Translations under genes and position numbers: made by a program
In this document: piece by piece, positions 40,348 to 49,842 of the stretch
Layout of the letters: the number at the start of each line of letters is the position of its first letter
Position numbering within the stretch: position 1 is the stretch's first letter
NCBI GenBank assembly: GCA_030745655.1
Contig: JASLOE010000004.1
Location: 1 to 51,429 of the forward strand
Length of the DNA stretch: 51,429 bases
Reading direction: 5' to 3'
Source: Nitrososphaerales archaeon
GTDB taxonomy: Archaea > Thermoproteota > Nitrososphaeria > Nitrososphaerales > JACPRH01
Notes under the pieces: model-generated
What the model was told of the DNA's origin: nothing
Database searches by the model: none
The model's input: the letters and a program-made list of their open reading frames with translations, nothing else

Positions 40348-41277
40348 ATGATCAACCCCTTCTATGGTAGGGACATTATATCGATAAGAGATTTTTCAAA
40401 ATTAGATCTTGAATATCTATTTAAGATGTCTGATAATATTCAGAAATTATCTCCTATGAAGTTGAAAGAATTGGCTTCAGGCAAACTCTTAGGCACATTG
40501 TTTTTCGAACCTAGTACAAGAACACGTTTAAGTTTCGAAGCAGCAATGCAATCAATTGGTGGTGGAACTGTATCGATAATTGAAGCTCGAACATCTTCAA
40601 TCGAGAAAGGAGAAAATCTTAATGATACGATTAGAACAGTAGAGTCATATGTAGATATTTTGGTTCTCAGACATCATATGGAAGGTGCCGCACGATTTGC
40701 AGCACAGATTGCAGAGAAACCTGTAATCAACGGAGGGAGTGGAATTGAAGAGCATCCTACTCAGGCAATGTTGGATATTTACACTATATTGAAAGAGAGA
40801 GGTCGAATAACAAATTTGAAAATCGCTGTCATAGGTGATCTAAAATATGGAAGAACTGTTTATTCTCTCCTATATGGTTTAGCACACTTCAACCCAAAAA
40901 TCTTTCTAGTCTCACCTCCTGATTTAAAGGTGAGAGATGAAGCGCTGATTGACCTTGAAGAAAAAGTTAAATTTTCTTTGCACGAAAATATTGAAGAAAT
41001 AATTGAGGAGGTTGATGCGATTTACGTAACCAGAATACAGAAAGAGAGACTTCCAGACCCTTTAGAATATGAAAAAGTGAAGGGGTCTTATGTGATCGAT
41101 AACAAATTACTTTCTAAGGGGCGGGATGACTTGATAATTCTTCATCCGTTGCCTCGTACAACCGAAATAAGACCTGAAGTAGATAAAACTCCAAATGCAA
41201 AATACTTTATTCAGGCACATTACGGGAAGATTGTACGAGCAGCTCTGATTAGTTTAATGTTGAATGAAAAGAATTAA
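40348..41277 (+). CDS. pyrB: Aspartate carbamoyltransferase catalytic subunit
   Basis: FFEPSTRT, HPTQ, GDLKYGRTV, RIQKER, HPLPR. Confidence 0.97.
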   Translation: MINPFYGRDIISIRDFSKLDLEYLFKMSDNIQKLSPMKLKELASGKLLGTLFFEPSTRTRLSFEAAMQSIGGGTVSIIEARTSSIEKGENLNDTIRTVESYVDILVLRHHMEGAARFAAQIAEKPVINGGSGIEEHPTQAMLDIYTILKERGRITNLKIAVIGDLKYGRTVYSLLYGLAHFNPKIFLVSPPDLKVRDEALIDLEEKVKFSLHENIEEIIEEVDAIYVTRIQKERLPDPLEYEKVKGSYVIDNKLLSKGRDDLIILHPLPRTTEIRPEVDKTPNAKYFIQAHYGKIVRAALISLMLNEKN

Positions 41278-43859
41278 GCGCAGAAACCCCAACCGCAATC
41301 AGGGCAGGTTGCACATCCTTCTAAAAAGAAGATCTGAGAATCACAGATCGGACAAACATCTCCTTTTTCTGTCTGGTCCCTATATTCCATTACATATGTC
41401 TGATCAGTTACATTTGATATACCAACAGTTCGCAGATTGTTATTATCTTTTGATTTTACAGATGGGTCTTCCAGATGTATAGACCCAATTGATTTAGTAG
41501 GTTTGTCGGTTCTTTTTCTCTTATTAGCTACTAATACTTGGTCCTTTATTGAGGAATCCCTAAAAACAGTGATATCCTTACAACCTAACTTATATGCTAG
41601 CAAATAACTTTCACGCATAGATTCAGTTGTTGCATCTGCTGGAAAATTATTTGTTTTAGAAATAGATGAATCAACCCATTTTTGAAGTGAAGCTAGTGCC
41701 TTTATATGATCTTCAGGAGTTATATCAAGTGAAGTTACAAATACGTCTTTTAACTTAGGTGAAATATATGCTATTTTCTGTACACTTCCATTTCTTTCGC
41801 TTACTTCACGAATCAAATCACTATCATACAGTCCTTCTGCATTCATGACTCTCTCAAAAACTGGATCAACATAGTGAAATTTACCTATTTTCACATTCTT
41901 TTCATATACCAAACTATATACCGGCTCAATACCACTACTACAACCCGCTATCATTGATATGCTCCCAGTTGGTGCTATGACTGTGGTATACGAATTTCTC
42001 AAGCCAACATCCTTAACTTTCGTGGCAATCTCATTCCAATCAAAGAAACATTTCTCATTGTTCTCGTATCCACTGAATGGAAGTTTGCCTTCATTAAAGA
42101 AACTCTTTTCAAAATATGGGAAGCTCCTACGACTTCTTGCTAATTCAATTGATGCAACTTTGGAATAATAGTTTACAAATTCCATTAATCTCTCCATAAA
42201 ATTTCTTCCATCTTCACTATCATAAGATATTCCTAAATCAAATAGGAGATCGCCCAACCCCATAATCCCCAGACCTATCTTGCGTGTTGATAAAGTCATA
42301 TCTTCAATTTCTTGTAATGGGAAGATGTTAATGTCAATTACATTATCAAGAAACTTAACAGCAGAAATAATGGTCTCTTTCAAACCGTCCCAATCAAAGA
42401 ATCGTTCTCCTCTATCATCTATTCTACAGAATGACCAGACATTTATGCTCCCTAAATTACAAGACTCATTAGGATATAGCAGTACTTCACCACAAGGATT
42501 AGTGCATTCTATTGGACCTAAAGAATCCATAAATGGGTTATGCTTATTCACATGATCTGAAAAAATTAAACCTGGTTCCGCACTTTCCCATGCTTGATAT
42601 ACTATCATGTCAAAAAGCATTCTTGGGTTAACTTCACGTATAACTTCACCGTTACGAGGATTTACGAGTGGATATGGCTCATTCTTCTCATAATAATCCC
42701 AGAAATCTGGAGATACTAAAACAGATATGTTGAAGTTTCTCAGAGCGATGTTACCTTTCTTGGCAGTTATGAACTTCTCAATATCTGGATGATTTATATT
42801 CATAATTCCCATGTTTGCGCCTCGTCTAATACCGCCTTGTTTGATTACCTCAGTCATCATGTCAAAGAGTCGCATAAAGCTAAGAGGTCCAGAAGCTATA
42901 CCTGAAGTTGAACTAACAATATCCCCTTCTGGTCTAATATTTGAGAAGTTGTAACCCATCCCACCACCAGACTTGAATATTATGGCCGCCTTCTTCAGAG
43001 TATCCATTATACTTTCTATAGAATCTTCCACTTTAATGACAAAACAAGCAGAACCCATTCCCAAAGGATTTCCAAAATTGGCTAAAACTGGGGTGTTCGG
43101 CATAAAGTGTTTATTTATCATTAAGTTATAGAATTCATCTGCTGTCTTCTCATATTTATCAAATTCAGAGTTTTGAAGTAACATAAGGAACCTACTCCAG
43201 TTCACTTTCATGAATCCATTAAGATTCATTCTGTCATATAGATGCTTCAACGATTCTAAATGATACCTATTTAACCGATATTTTCCAATGCTAAACTTAT
43301 CTTCATATTTTCCAAAATCGAAGTCCTCATCCTTATGTGTTGCAAGTCCACCGTCTTGATTGTATATTCTTTCATCAAATATTAAGTCCGTTAAAACAAC
43401 ATTAATCGTAACTCGCATAAATAATTGCTTAGGTGTTTCGATTAGTCGAGACCCATCTTTTCTAAGATATCTCGCCTTCATAACACGTAATGCATTGAGA
43501 TCAAAATGTTTGTCAACTTCATCTATGTCATCTTTTTCCAGAATTGTCTTTTTCTCTTCTCTTATCTCTGCTCTCTTCTGACGATAAAGGATGAATGCTT
43601 TTGCTGCTTTAGATTGTCCCTGCTCCATCAACACCTTTTCAACCATATCTTGAATATCTTCTACAGTAGGCATAGTGGATGGTGAAAACTTCATGTTCAC
43701 CAGCTCAACCAATCTATCTGAAAATCGTATTGCTAAACTTTTATCCTTACCACCTACAGATTGGATGGCTTTCCATAAAGCTATAGCAATCTTCTCTTGA
43801 TTAAATTCGAGAACCCGCCCATTACGTTTCTTGATCTTTGTGATTTTATTGGTTTCCAC
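41274..43859 (-). CDS. nrdJ: Class II (adenosylcobalamin-dependent) ribonucleotide reductase with ATP cone and C-terminal Cys cluster
   Basis: IKKRNG ATP cone, SACFV, RRGANM, TNPCGE, ESCNLGS, APTGSIS, CPIC...GCATCPDCG; no NrdB nearby. Confidence 0.92.
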   Translation of the reverse strand: METNKITKIKKRNGRVLEFNQEKIAIALWKAIQSVGGKDKSLAIRFSDRLVELVNMKFSPSTMPTVEDIQDMVEKVLMEQGQSKAAKAFILYRQKRAEIREEKKTILEKDDIDEVDKHFDLNALRVMKARYLRKDGSRLIETPKQLFMRVTINVVLTDLIFDERIYNQDGGLATHKDEDFDFGKYEDKFSIGKYRLNRYHLESLKHLYDRMNLNGFMKVNWSRFLMLLQNSEFDKYEKTADEFYNLMINKHFMPNTPVLANFGNPLGMGSACFVIKVEDSIESIMDTLKKAAIIFKSGGGMGYNFSNIRPEGDIVSSTSGIASGPLSFMRLFDMMTEVIKQGGIRRGANMGIMNINHPDIEKFITAKKGNIALRNFNISVLVSPDFWDYYEKNEPYPLVNPRNGEVIREVNPRMLFDMIVYQAWESAEPGLIFSDHVNKHNPFMDSLGPIECTNPCGEVLLYPNESCNLGSINVWSFCRIDDRGERFFDWDGLKETIISAVKFLDNVIDINIFPLQEIEDMTLSTRKIGLGIMGLGDLLFDLGISYDSEDGRNFMERLMEFVNYYSKVASIELARSRRSFPYFEKSFFNEGKLPFSGYENNEKCFFDWNEIATKVKDVGLRNSYTTVIAPTGSISMIAGCSSGIEPVYSLVYEKNVKIGKFHYVDPVFERVMNAEGLYDSDLIREVSERNGSVQKIAYISPKLKDVFVTSLDITPEDHIKALASLQKWVDSSISKTNNFPADATTESMRESYLLAYKLGCKDITVFRDSSIKDQVLVANKRKRTDKPTKSIGSIHLEDPSVKSKDNNNLRTVGISNVTDQTYVMEYRDQTEKGDVCPICDSQIFFLEGCATCPDCGWGFCA

Positions 43860-43925
43860 AATTATTCACCAAATCTTACTGAACAAATATGATGGGGAAT
43901 TGTTGTGATGGCTTTCTTGTTATCG

Positions 43926-43941
43926 GTGAAACAGTCTTGAC
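43926..43941. promoter_or_regulatory. Candidate operator, one-mismatch copy (GTGAA-N6-TTGAC), upstream of nrdJ
   Basis: GTGAAACAGTCTTGAC, 9/10 match to the palindrome at 44002 and 46360. Confidence 0.4.
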
Positions 43942-44001
43942 GCTTATTAATGCTCATAGCCACAACAACTTCAAAAAAAAGAGTTAATGAGACGCTTTTG
44001 G

Positions 44002-44017
44002 GTCAATAGCATTTGAC
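44002..44017. promoter_or_regulatory. Candidate operator GTCAA-N6-TTGAC upstream of nrdJ
   Basis: GGTCAATAGCATTTGACTTGA; arms and flanks shared with 46359-46379. Confidence 0.6.
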
Positions 44018-44188
44018 TTGAATAATGCAATGAAAACGCTCTCATTGCCTTGAATAATTGGATGTTGTTCATTATAGTCTCTAACACTTTGAGACCTGAT
44101 TTATTATAAAAATATTAGTGTACCAACTAAATAAAAGTGTAATTAGTTTGACATATAAAAAAAGTTTTTTTTAGATATGAATTTTTTT

Positions 44189-46288
44189 CTAAATAGTTGA
44201 GTATAGTTTCATAGAAGTTGATTTGCAAGAGTCACATTTCTCTGTTCCTTCAGGAAACTTGTCACCACATGCACGGCATACCGCCATTTTATGCCAAAGA
44301 TGATAAAATCCTGTATTTTTTTGTGCTTTGCCAATTATTTCTGATAACATCTCAATAGATCCACCAGTTGGTATCTCGATCTCAATTGTGGAACCTCCAG
44401 ATAATGATTCATATGATTTATGTAAATTTCGCAAATAATCTATCTTGGAAAGTTCTGAATGAGTAACTATGGGGGTCTGACTATATCTACTCTTACCGGA
44501 TGGAATAGATATTAACGATCTACCATATTTCTCAATGTCCATTGATGCAAAGCGCTCTCCAGAATCCCCTTGTATTATTGCAACAAATGCATTCTCATTA
44601 AGTTTCACACTAATGTCAGCAGCACTCTTAGAAGATGTCTCTAGTATTTTTTCCAATAAAGAACGTTTATCCGACATCGTTGCCCTTTCTCCTAACAATT
44701 TGATAATGGCTTCATTAAGGCCAGTTAGATTTACAATAAGCGGAACATATTCTTCTTCCACCATCGTTGTTCCATTAGTTAATGCCGGTAAAAGATTCTT
44801 TCGTGAAAGATTGCTTATTATCTTTTTTCGAGTATGTAGGGCACTTATTGACGTTTGTATAGCCATAGTGAGTTTGGCTCTAAAATACGTTTCATCTCTA
44901 TTCGATTCATAGGAAAGTCTTGGTAAATTAATTGCGAGAGAATGTAGTATTTTTACATTGTCTGCAGGAAACCTTTTTTCTCTATCTCTGCGCAATCCTG
45001 AATAAGCAATAGCACCATTCATATTATTGGATATTCCAATTTTTCCACCTGAATATATTGCAGATGATAACATACTTTTTAGCTTTGGTTCTATTTCTGA
45101 ATCAGTTGTGAATACTAAGTTTACCATAGGTTCAGAAACGCTCTTGACATATTCTTCGTATGCCAAAAATGTAGCTTCTAAAACTCTTTTTATCAAAGCT
45201 TCATCAAATTTTGATGAACTATTATCTTTACCCACTTGTAATGAAATAATTGGGATACCATGCCCTCCGATTGTAATAGCCGGTAAAAGCATTAAAGCTC
45301 TTTTTACCGTTTCTTTAAGTTCATGCTTAGTTTTCTCCTGAGCGAATTCAGCTAAATAGGATGTGAAGTTCTCTAATGATATTTCTGAGGAAACTTCTTT
45401 GCTAAGAATAGCGGTAATATTAACTAAAGTACTCAGAGCCTCATCAAGTTTTGTTGGGGGTTCTACCTTTGGAATTGCAGAAAGTTTACCCTTAAGATTA
45501 ATTCCATTGATTCTTAATGCCTCAAGATCAAAAAACACAGTATCAGGCATAAGTCCCCAGCTTCCACCATTTGAAATATGAATCTCACCTGCTAGATGTG
45601 CATCGGTGACATCTCTTGGTAGTTGCGAGAGCATCAAATATTCTGAAAAAACAGCATTCGCTGTCTTGGATAAAACGGTTCCAACATCCCCTTCACCAAA
45701 ACCTGTATTGTTTATCATTTCTGAAATATCATAAATAGGTAGGCCGAGTCGTGTTAGTTTATGTCTATACTCTTCAAATCCATGCTCTACAAGTAATGCA
45801 TTAACCATCTCTCTTATGAGTGGTGCTGTCAAGTAAATAGTCTGAAATTTATAGAGCCTGGCCTCGGTTTCGCTAGTGATTCGCTGTGCTAATTCTACTG
45901 GCATTCCTGCTTCTCTAACTAAAGATTGAAGGATTTTATCAGAGTTGAACTCCTCCATTGTCTGTCTTGAAGTTCTAACATAGAGCTTTCCGCTCTCAAC
46001 AACAGATTGTTCTTCTATCTGTCTTGTGACATTTAATACAAGCCTTCCCAGACTTGTAACTGTGTATTTTCGTTCTTGTCTATTTAGAGATATAAGCATT
46101 TGTCTTACAAGCTTGCGAAGATGGTATGCAAATTTACCTGATTCTTTTTTTGATTTAAACCCAGCTAATGTTTTAAGCTCAGAATAGCTTAATGGCCCTT
46201 TTGTGTTAAGGATGCGAAGAATCTCCAGTCTATTTGAAGATGCTATAACTGAATAGATCGTTCTAACTCTTCTGGAAACAGGTTGCAT
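44189..46288 (-). CDS. Winged-HTH + ATP-cone + inactivated class III RNR (NrdD-like) fusion; probable transcription regulator
   Basis: ArsR-like HTH (NRLEILRIL...SYSEL...FAYHLRKL), ATP cone (VRTS..EEFNSDKI...LIREMVN), NrdD motifs (DAHLAGEIHI, AINLPRL, CRAC...CDSC); catalytic Cys and glycyl-radical loop missing. Confidence 0.85.
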   Translation of the reverse strand: MQPVSRRVRTIYSVIASSNRLEILRILNTKGPLSYSELKTLAGFKSKKESGKFAYHLRKLVRQMLISLNRQERKYTVTSLGRLVLNVTRQIEEQSVVESGKLYVRTSRQTMEEFNSDKILQSLVREAGMPVELAQRITSETEARLYKFQTIYLTAPLIREMVNALLVEHGFEEYRHKLTRLGLPIYDISEMINNTGFGEGDVGTVLSKTANAVFSEYLMLSQLPRDVTDAHLAGEIHISNGGSWGLMPDTVFFDLEALRINGINLKGKLSAIPKVEPPTKLDEALSTLVNITAILSKEVSSEISLENFTSYLAEFAQEKTKHELKETVKRALMLLPAITIGGHGIPIISLQVGKDNSSSKFDEALIKRVLEATFLAYEEYVKSVSEPMVNLVFTTDSEIEPKLKSMLSSAIYSGGKIGISNNMNGAIAYSGLRRDREKRFPADNVKILHSLAINLPRLSYESNRDETYFRAKLTMAIQTSISALHTRKKIISNLSRKNLLPALTNGTTMVEEEYVPLIVNLTGLNEAIIKLLGERATMSDKRSLLEKILETSSKSAADISVKLNENAFVAIIQGDSGERFASMDIEKYGRSLISIPSGKSRYSQTPIVTHSELSKIDYLRNLHKSYESLSGGSTIEIEIPTGGSIEMLSEIIGKAQKNTGFYHLWHKMAVCRACGDKFPEGTEKCDSCKSTSMKLYSTI

Positions 46289-46359
46289 AGACTTAACCTC
46301 TCTATGTGAAGGTATTTTAATTTAATTAGAAATTTTCAACCTAACTATCTATGCTTGTG

Positions 46360-46375
46360 GTCAAGGCTTATTGAC
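46360..46375. promoter_or_regulatory. Candidate operator GTCAA-N6-TTGAC upstream of the HTH-NrdD gene
   Basis: GGTCAAGGCTTATTGACTTGA. Confidence 0.6.
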
Positions 46376-46520
46376 TTGAGTGAAATCAATCTTAAAATTA
46401 ATTTAAGAATAATGAATTCTGTTTTATTGATAATATTTTCTTAATAATTATTATCTTCTGATAGATACTCTTAACTAATTCCTTATTTTATGTTATCATC
46501 TATCTTTGGATTGAAGTTGA

Positions 46521-48125
46521 ATGTCTGCAGCTGAGGGAATACTCTTTCTGGGTCTCCTAATAATTGGAGGTAAAGTCTTCGAAGAGCTATTTGTAAAAGT
46601 TAAATTGCCAGGACTTTTGGGTAATGTTTTAGCGGGGTTAATTCTTGGCCCAAGTTTTCTTTCTATTGTAAAACCTACAACTGAAATTGAATTATTCACA
46701 AGTCTAGGAATATTCTTTCTCTTTTTCTTGGTTGGTGTAGAAGAGATTGATCTTCCCGGTTTGTTATCTTCGCTTAGGCGAAGGGTCTTTTATACAGCTG
46801 CAGTGAGTTTCTTAGTTCCTTTTCTATTATCTTTTTACATGTCTCAAAGTATTGGAATAAATAATATTTCAAGTCTTGCTCTAGCCGGAGTAATTGGGTT
46901 ATCTAGCCTTGGTGTAGTTGCTAAGACTCTCTCTGATTTGGACCACCTTAGGGACCCTGTTGGATTAGAAATATTTAGTATTACTGCAATACTTGAATTT
47001 GTTGGTCTAATTACAATTAGTCTTATTCTGCAGTTATCAGCAGAACCATTATCATCTGCACCATTTCAATTACTGGTTACTCTTGGTAGAATGACACTTT
47101 TTTTCATCGTGGCATCATTATTCAGCCTCAAAGTACTTCCAATTCTTCTTAGATTTATTAGGCGCCATACAGAAGTTAAAGGAGTTTTCTTCGGAGTTTT
47201 GATAGGAATTGTCCTATTATTCGTCTATATCGGTGAGATCAACGGTGTTCATGGTGCAATAACATCTCTATTAATTGGGCTTGCACTTTCACAAATGCCT
47301 AAAAAAGATTATCATCAGAGCATCAGTGGATTACGAAGTATAGCAAATGGAATATTCGTTCCAATATTTTTTGCAGGTGTGGGTCTTCAGATAACATTCA
47401 AATTTTTAGAGCTTGATTTATCATTGATAATAGGTTTCATTTTAGTGGTTGTGGTGGGAAAATTTTCTGGAGCTTTTCTAGGTGCCCTTGTAGGACGAAT
47501 GAAATATCCTCTTTGGATAAGCTCAGGAGTTATGGCGAAAGGATCAATAGATTTAGCATTGATGCTTACTTTATTTAACCTGAATTTGATCGATCAAAAA
47601 ATATTCTCCCTTGGTACCTTTTCAATTCTTCTTCTACTGGTAATATCCCCACTGTCAATGCGTCTATTATTAAAGAAAGGAGATGAAGATACGGAAAAAA
47701 TCGGTGAAGATCTGATTCCAACATATACAGAACTTGCCTGTGAGGGTGTGAACGTCAAAGACGTTATGTCTAATAATACATTAACAGTGAGAGATAAAAT
47801 AACTATCGATGAATTTCTTAAACATCTTGAGAAAGGAGAACGTTTCTATAATGTCGTTGATAAAGAAGATAAACTAATTGGACATGTCTCTGCAAAAGCC
47901 CTTAAGAAAAGTCGACGCCGATATTGGAAGACAAAAAGTGTAGGATCGGTTATGAGAAAACGAAGGGTTAGAGCGTTCGAAGATGATGATATATCCTCTA
48001 TTGTTGAGAAAATGTCGCGTAGCGGTGTTGATCCAATACCTGTAGTCGATTCATCAGATACTTCTAAGATAATCGGAACTATTTCAAGAGAAAATATTAC
48101 TTCATTTTTATTTCCAAAAAAATAA
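46521..48125 (+). CDS. CPA2 cation:proton antiporter with C-terminal CBS pair
   Basis: GLILGPS, FVPIFFAGVG, GKFSGA, about 12 TM; VKDVM / VGSVM CBS domains. Confidence 0.92.
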   Translation: MSAAEGILFLGLLIIGGKVFEELFVKVKLPGLLGNVLAGLILGPSFLSIVKPTTEIELFTSLGIFFLFFLVGVEEIDLPGLLSSLRRRVFYTAAVSFLVPFLLSFYMSQSIGINNISSLALAGVIGLSSLGVVAKTLSDLDHLRDPVGLEIFSITAILEFVGLITISLILQLSAEPLSSAPFQLLVTLGRMTLFFIVASLFSLKVLPILLRFIRRHTEVKGVFFGVLIGIVLLFVYIGEINGVHGAITSLLIGLALSQMPKKDYHQSISGLRSIANGIFVPIFFAGVGLQITFKFLELDLSLIIGFILVVVVGKFSGAFLGALVGRMKYPLWISSGVMAKGSIDLALMLTLFNLNLIDQKIFSLGTFSILLLLVISPLSMRLLLKKGDEDTEKIGEDLIPTYTELACEGVNVKDVMSNNTLTVRDKITIDEFLKHLEKGERFYNVVDKEDKLIGHVSAKALKKSRRRYWKTKSVGSVMRKRRVRAFEDDDISSIVEKMSRSGVDPIPVVDSSDTSKIIGTISRENITSFLFPKK

Positions 48126-48168
48126 ATTTTCAGAATGATGATTAGAATTAGTCTTCTTTTTTAGTATA

Positions 48169-48292
48169 TGGTGGGGTCGGTGGGATTTGAACCCACGACC
48201 ACATGGAGTTTCGGGAACAGTTCCTCCCAAACCACGTATCTTAGACCAAGCTATCCGCATCTTTCCTTATTGATGCCCTAGACCACGACCCC
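48169..48292 (-). tRNA. tRNA-Pro(TGG) with two introns (15/16, 37/38); CCA encoded
   Basis: GGGGTCG/CGACCCC stem; removing 48277-48251 and 48225-48208 restores the cloverleaf; BHB motifs at both. Confidence 0.9.
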
Positions 48293-48478
48293 AACAGACG
48301 ATGACTTCCGCTTTATTTTAAAGATTAATTGCATGCCTTTCTTTACCTCTTTCTTATCAATTGATTTTTTCACTAAATTCATAAATCAATTTTCGCTAAT
48401 CATTTTAAAATAAAAATAATCAAGTATCTAACATAAAATTCCTAATAGAAAGAATTAGTTAGTTATAATTAAATAGAA

Positions 48479-48976
48479 TTAAAAAACTGAAAAAACCAAT
48501 ATTAATCCAAGAAGAGTGATAAATACTCCAACAAATAATAGATTATTTGCCATCTCTGGGTCATCATCTTTCGTAATAACGTAATCTAATATTCCTCCAA
48601 TTAGTCCTAATAAGATTGCAACTATATACCATAAAAAAGCAGTCATTGCTGAGGGTTTCTTTTTAGATTCTGTGTTCACTGGTTTTTTTACTTTAATGAC
48701 TGCTTTTAATTCCTCAATTGACATTTCAGATGCTGGTTTTGATTCTCCTAGTGGTTCCTCAATTAATTCTTTTTCTGTACATATTAGATTTTTCATCAAT
48801 CCCACGGTCACATTCTGCAAAAGAGGATCCCCTAATTCAAATTTGTAATTGCTATGGCAATTAGGACATTCTGAGTATTTATGCCCCTGAAATTCCGTAA
48901 ATCTACTGTTTTCCGTTATTGTAAAATCTGCATTGCAATCCTTACAAGTTACTTTAACAGATTCTTCATCAACTAT
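48479..48976 (-). CDS. Zinc-ribbon (CKDC...CPNC) protein with C-terminal two-TM hairpin; apparent ATA start
   Basis: Frame open 52 codons upstream of the tracked TTG (48820) and contains the CxxC pairs; no ATG/GTG/TTG before the in-frame TAG. Confidence 0.6.
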   Translation of the reverse strand: MVDEESVKVTCKDCNADFTITENSRFTEFQGHKYSECPNCHSNYKFELGDPLLQNVTVGLMKNLICTEKELIEEPLGESKPASEMSIEELKAVIKVKKPVNTESKKKPSAMTAFLWYIVAILLGLIGGILDYVITKDDDPEMANNLLFVGVFITLLGLILVFSVF

Positions 48977-49074
48977 ATTTCTCTAAAGTTTGATTATCTG
49001 AGTTCCATTTATTCTTTTTTATTAATTCAAAATAGATCATCCTAAATATATTTTCATGTGTGTTTTTGATGTGT

Positions 49075-49842
49075 TTACAGTAAATTAACTCCCTGTAACC
49101 TTGGGTCATTTGTACTGAGCCACACCGGATTCCCAATTTCACGTCTATTCTTAGCAAGGTTCACAACGTTTTGTGTTCGATGAAAATTTTCTTCGTATAC
49201 ATGGAAACTTTCAGCCGTATCAACATATTGACCTACCTTAACCCCAATTCTTTCAGCAATAATTTTCTGCAAATTGGTTAAAGCCCACATATTCATAGGA
49301 GCTGCTGCATATGCATCCCTACTTCTCCAGTATGTATGTAATTCTAATTGTTCATCAATAACTTTACACCAAATTATTTGGAGACAGGGTGGTCCAACCT
49401 CTGGGTGTTCATCGTTCCAAACCATCCATGTAACTGCTTGAGCTCTATTTGAGTATGGTGAATTTTTCAGTTTCTCAACAATATACTCTATTTGATCAAT
49501 AATGCCTTTGGTTGCTGGCTTATATTGAAATAATCTGTCATGGTATGTGTAATCATAAGCCTTTCCAATCAGATGATTTTTTTTCCCAAGGATTACATCA
49601 TCTGAATAATCATCAAAATCTTTTACTCTTCCCCATTCAAGATGGAAACGAGGTTCTTTCAAAGGTTGTCTAATCACCATCCTTATTGAACACTCCTTTA
49701 TCCTGTCTTTCTTTGTCTCAAATTTGTAAGATTCCTTAAACGAGGTAATCCCTTTATTCCAAAGTATCTCCAAACTTTTTTCCCATACTTCGGGTAAAAC
49801 CTCTCCCTCTACAAGAAATTGTGGAAGGTATCTTTTTGCCAT
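49075..49842 (-). CDS. thyA: Archaeal-type thymidylate synthase
   Basis: YTYHDRL, DQIEYI, SNRA, PPCLQ, RSRD..AAPMN, SFHVYE. Confidence 0.88.
   Translation of the reverse strand: MAKRYLPQFLVEGEVLPEVWEKSLEILWNKGITSFKESYKFETKKDRIKECSIRMVIRQPLKEPRFHLEWGRVKDFDDYSDDVILGKKNHLIGKAYDYTYHDRLFQYKPATKGIIDQIEYIVEKLKNSPYSNRAQAVTWMVWNDEHPEVGPPCLQIIWCKVIDEQLELHTYWRSRDAYAAAPMNMWALTNLQKIIAERIGVKVGQYVDTAESFHVYEENFHRTQNVVNLAKNRREIGNPVWLSTNDPRLQGVNLL

Noticed and set aside
43971-44072. 33-aa upstream ORF in the nrdJ leader (minus strand)
   Set aside because: No distinctive composition or SD; expected by chance, though it overlaps the hairpins and could be revisited with Ribo-seq
43860-44188. Cobalamin riboswitch or bacterial NrdR boxes upstream of nrdJ
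   Set aside because: No recognisable B12-box or GGGAA core and only a partial resemblance to the NrdR consensus near 44105-44124; not supportable by eye
1727-45581. Numerous antisense or overlapping ORFs in the track (e.g. 1727-2242, 6146-6734, 28544-28987, 39756-40202, 44535-45581)
   Set aside because: They shadow well-supported genes on the opposite strand and have no recognisable motifs
44189-46288. Calling this an active anaerobic (class III) ribonucleotide reductase NrdD
   Set aside because: No glycyl-radical loop, catalytic cysteines absent, no nrdG nearby, and it carries a DNA-binding HTH
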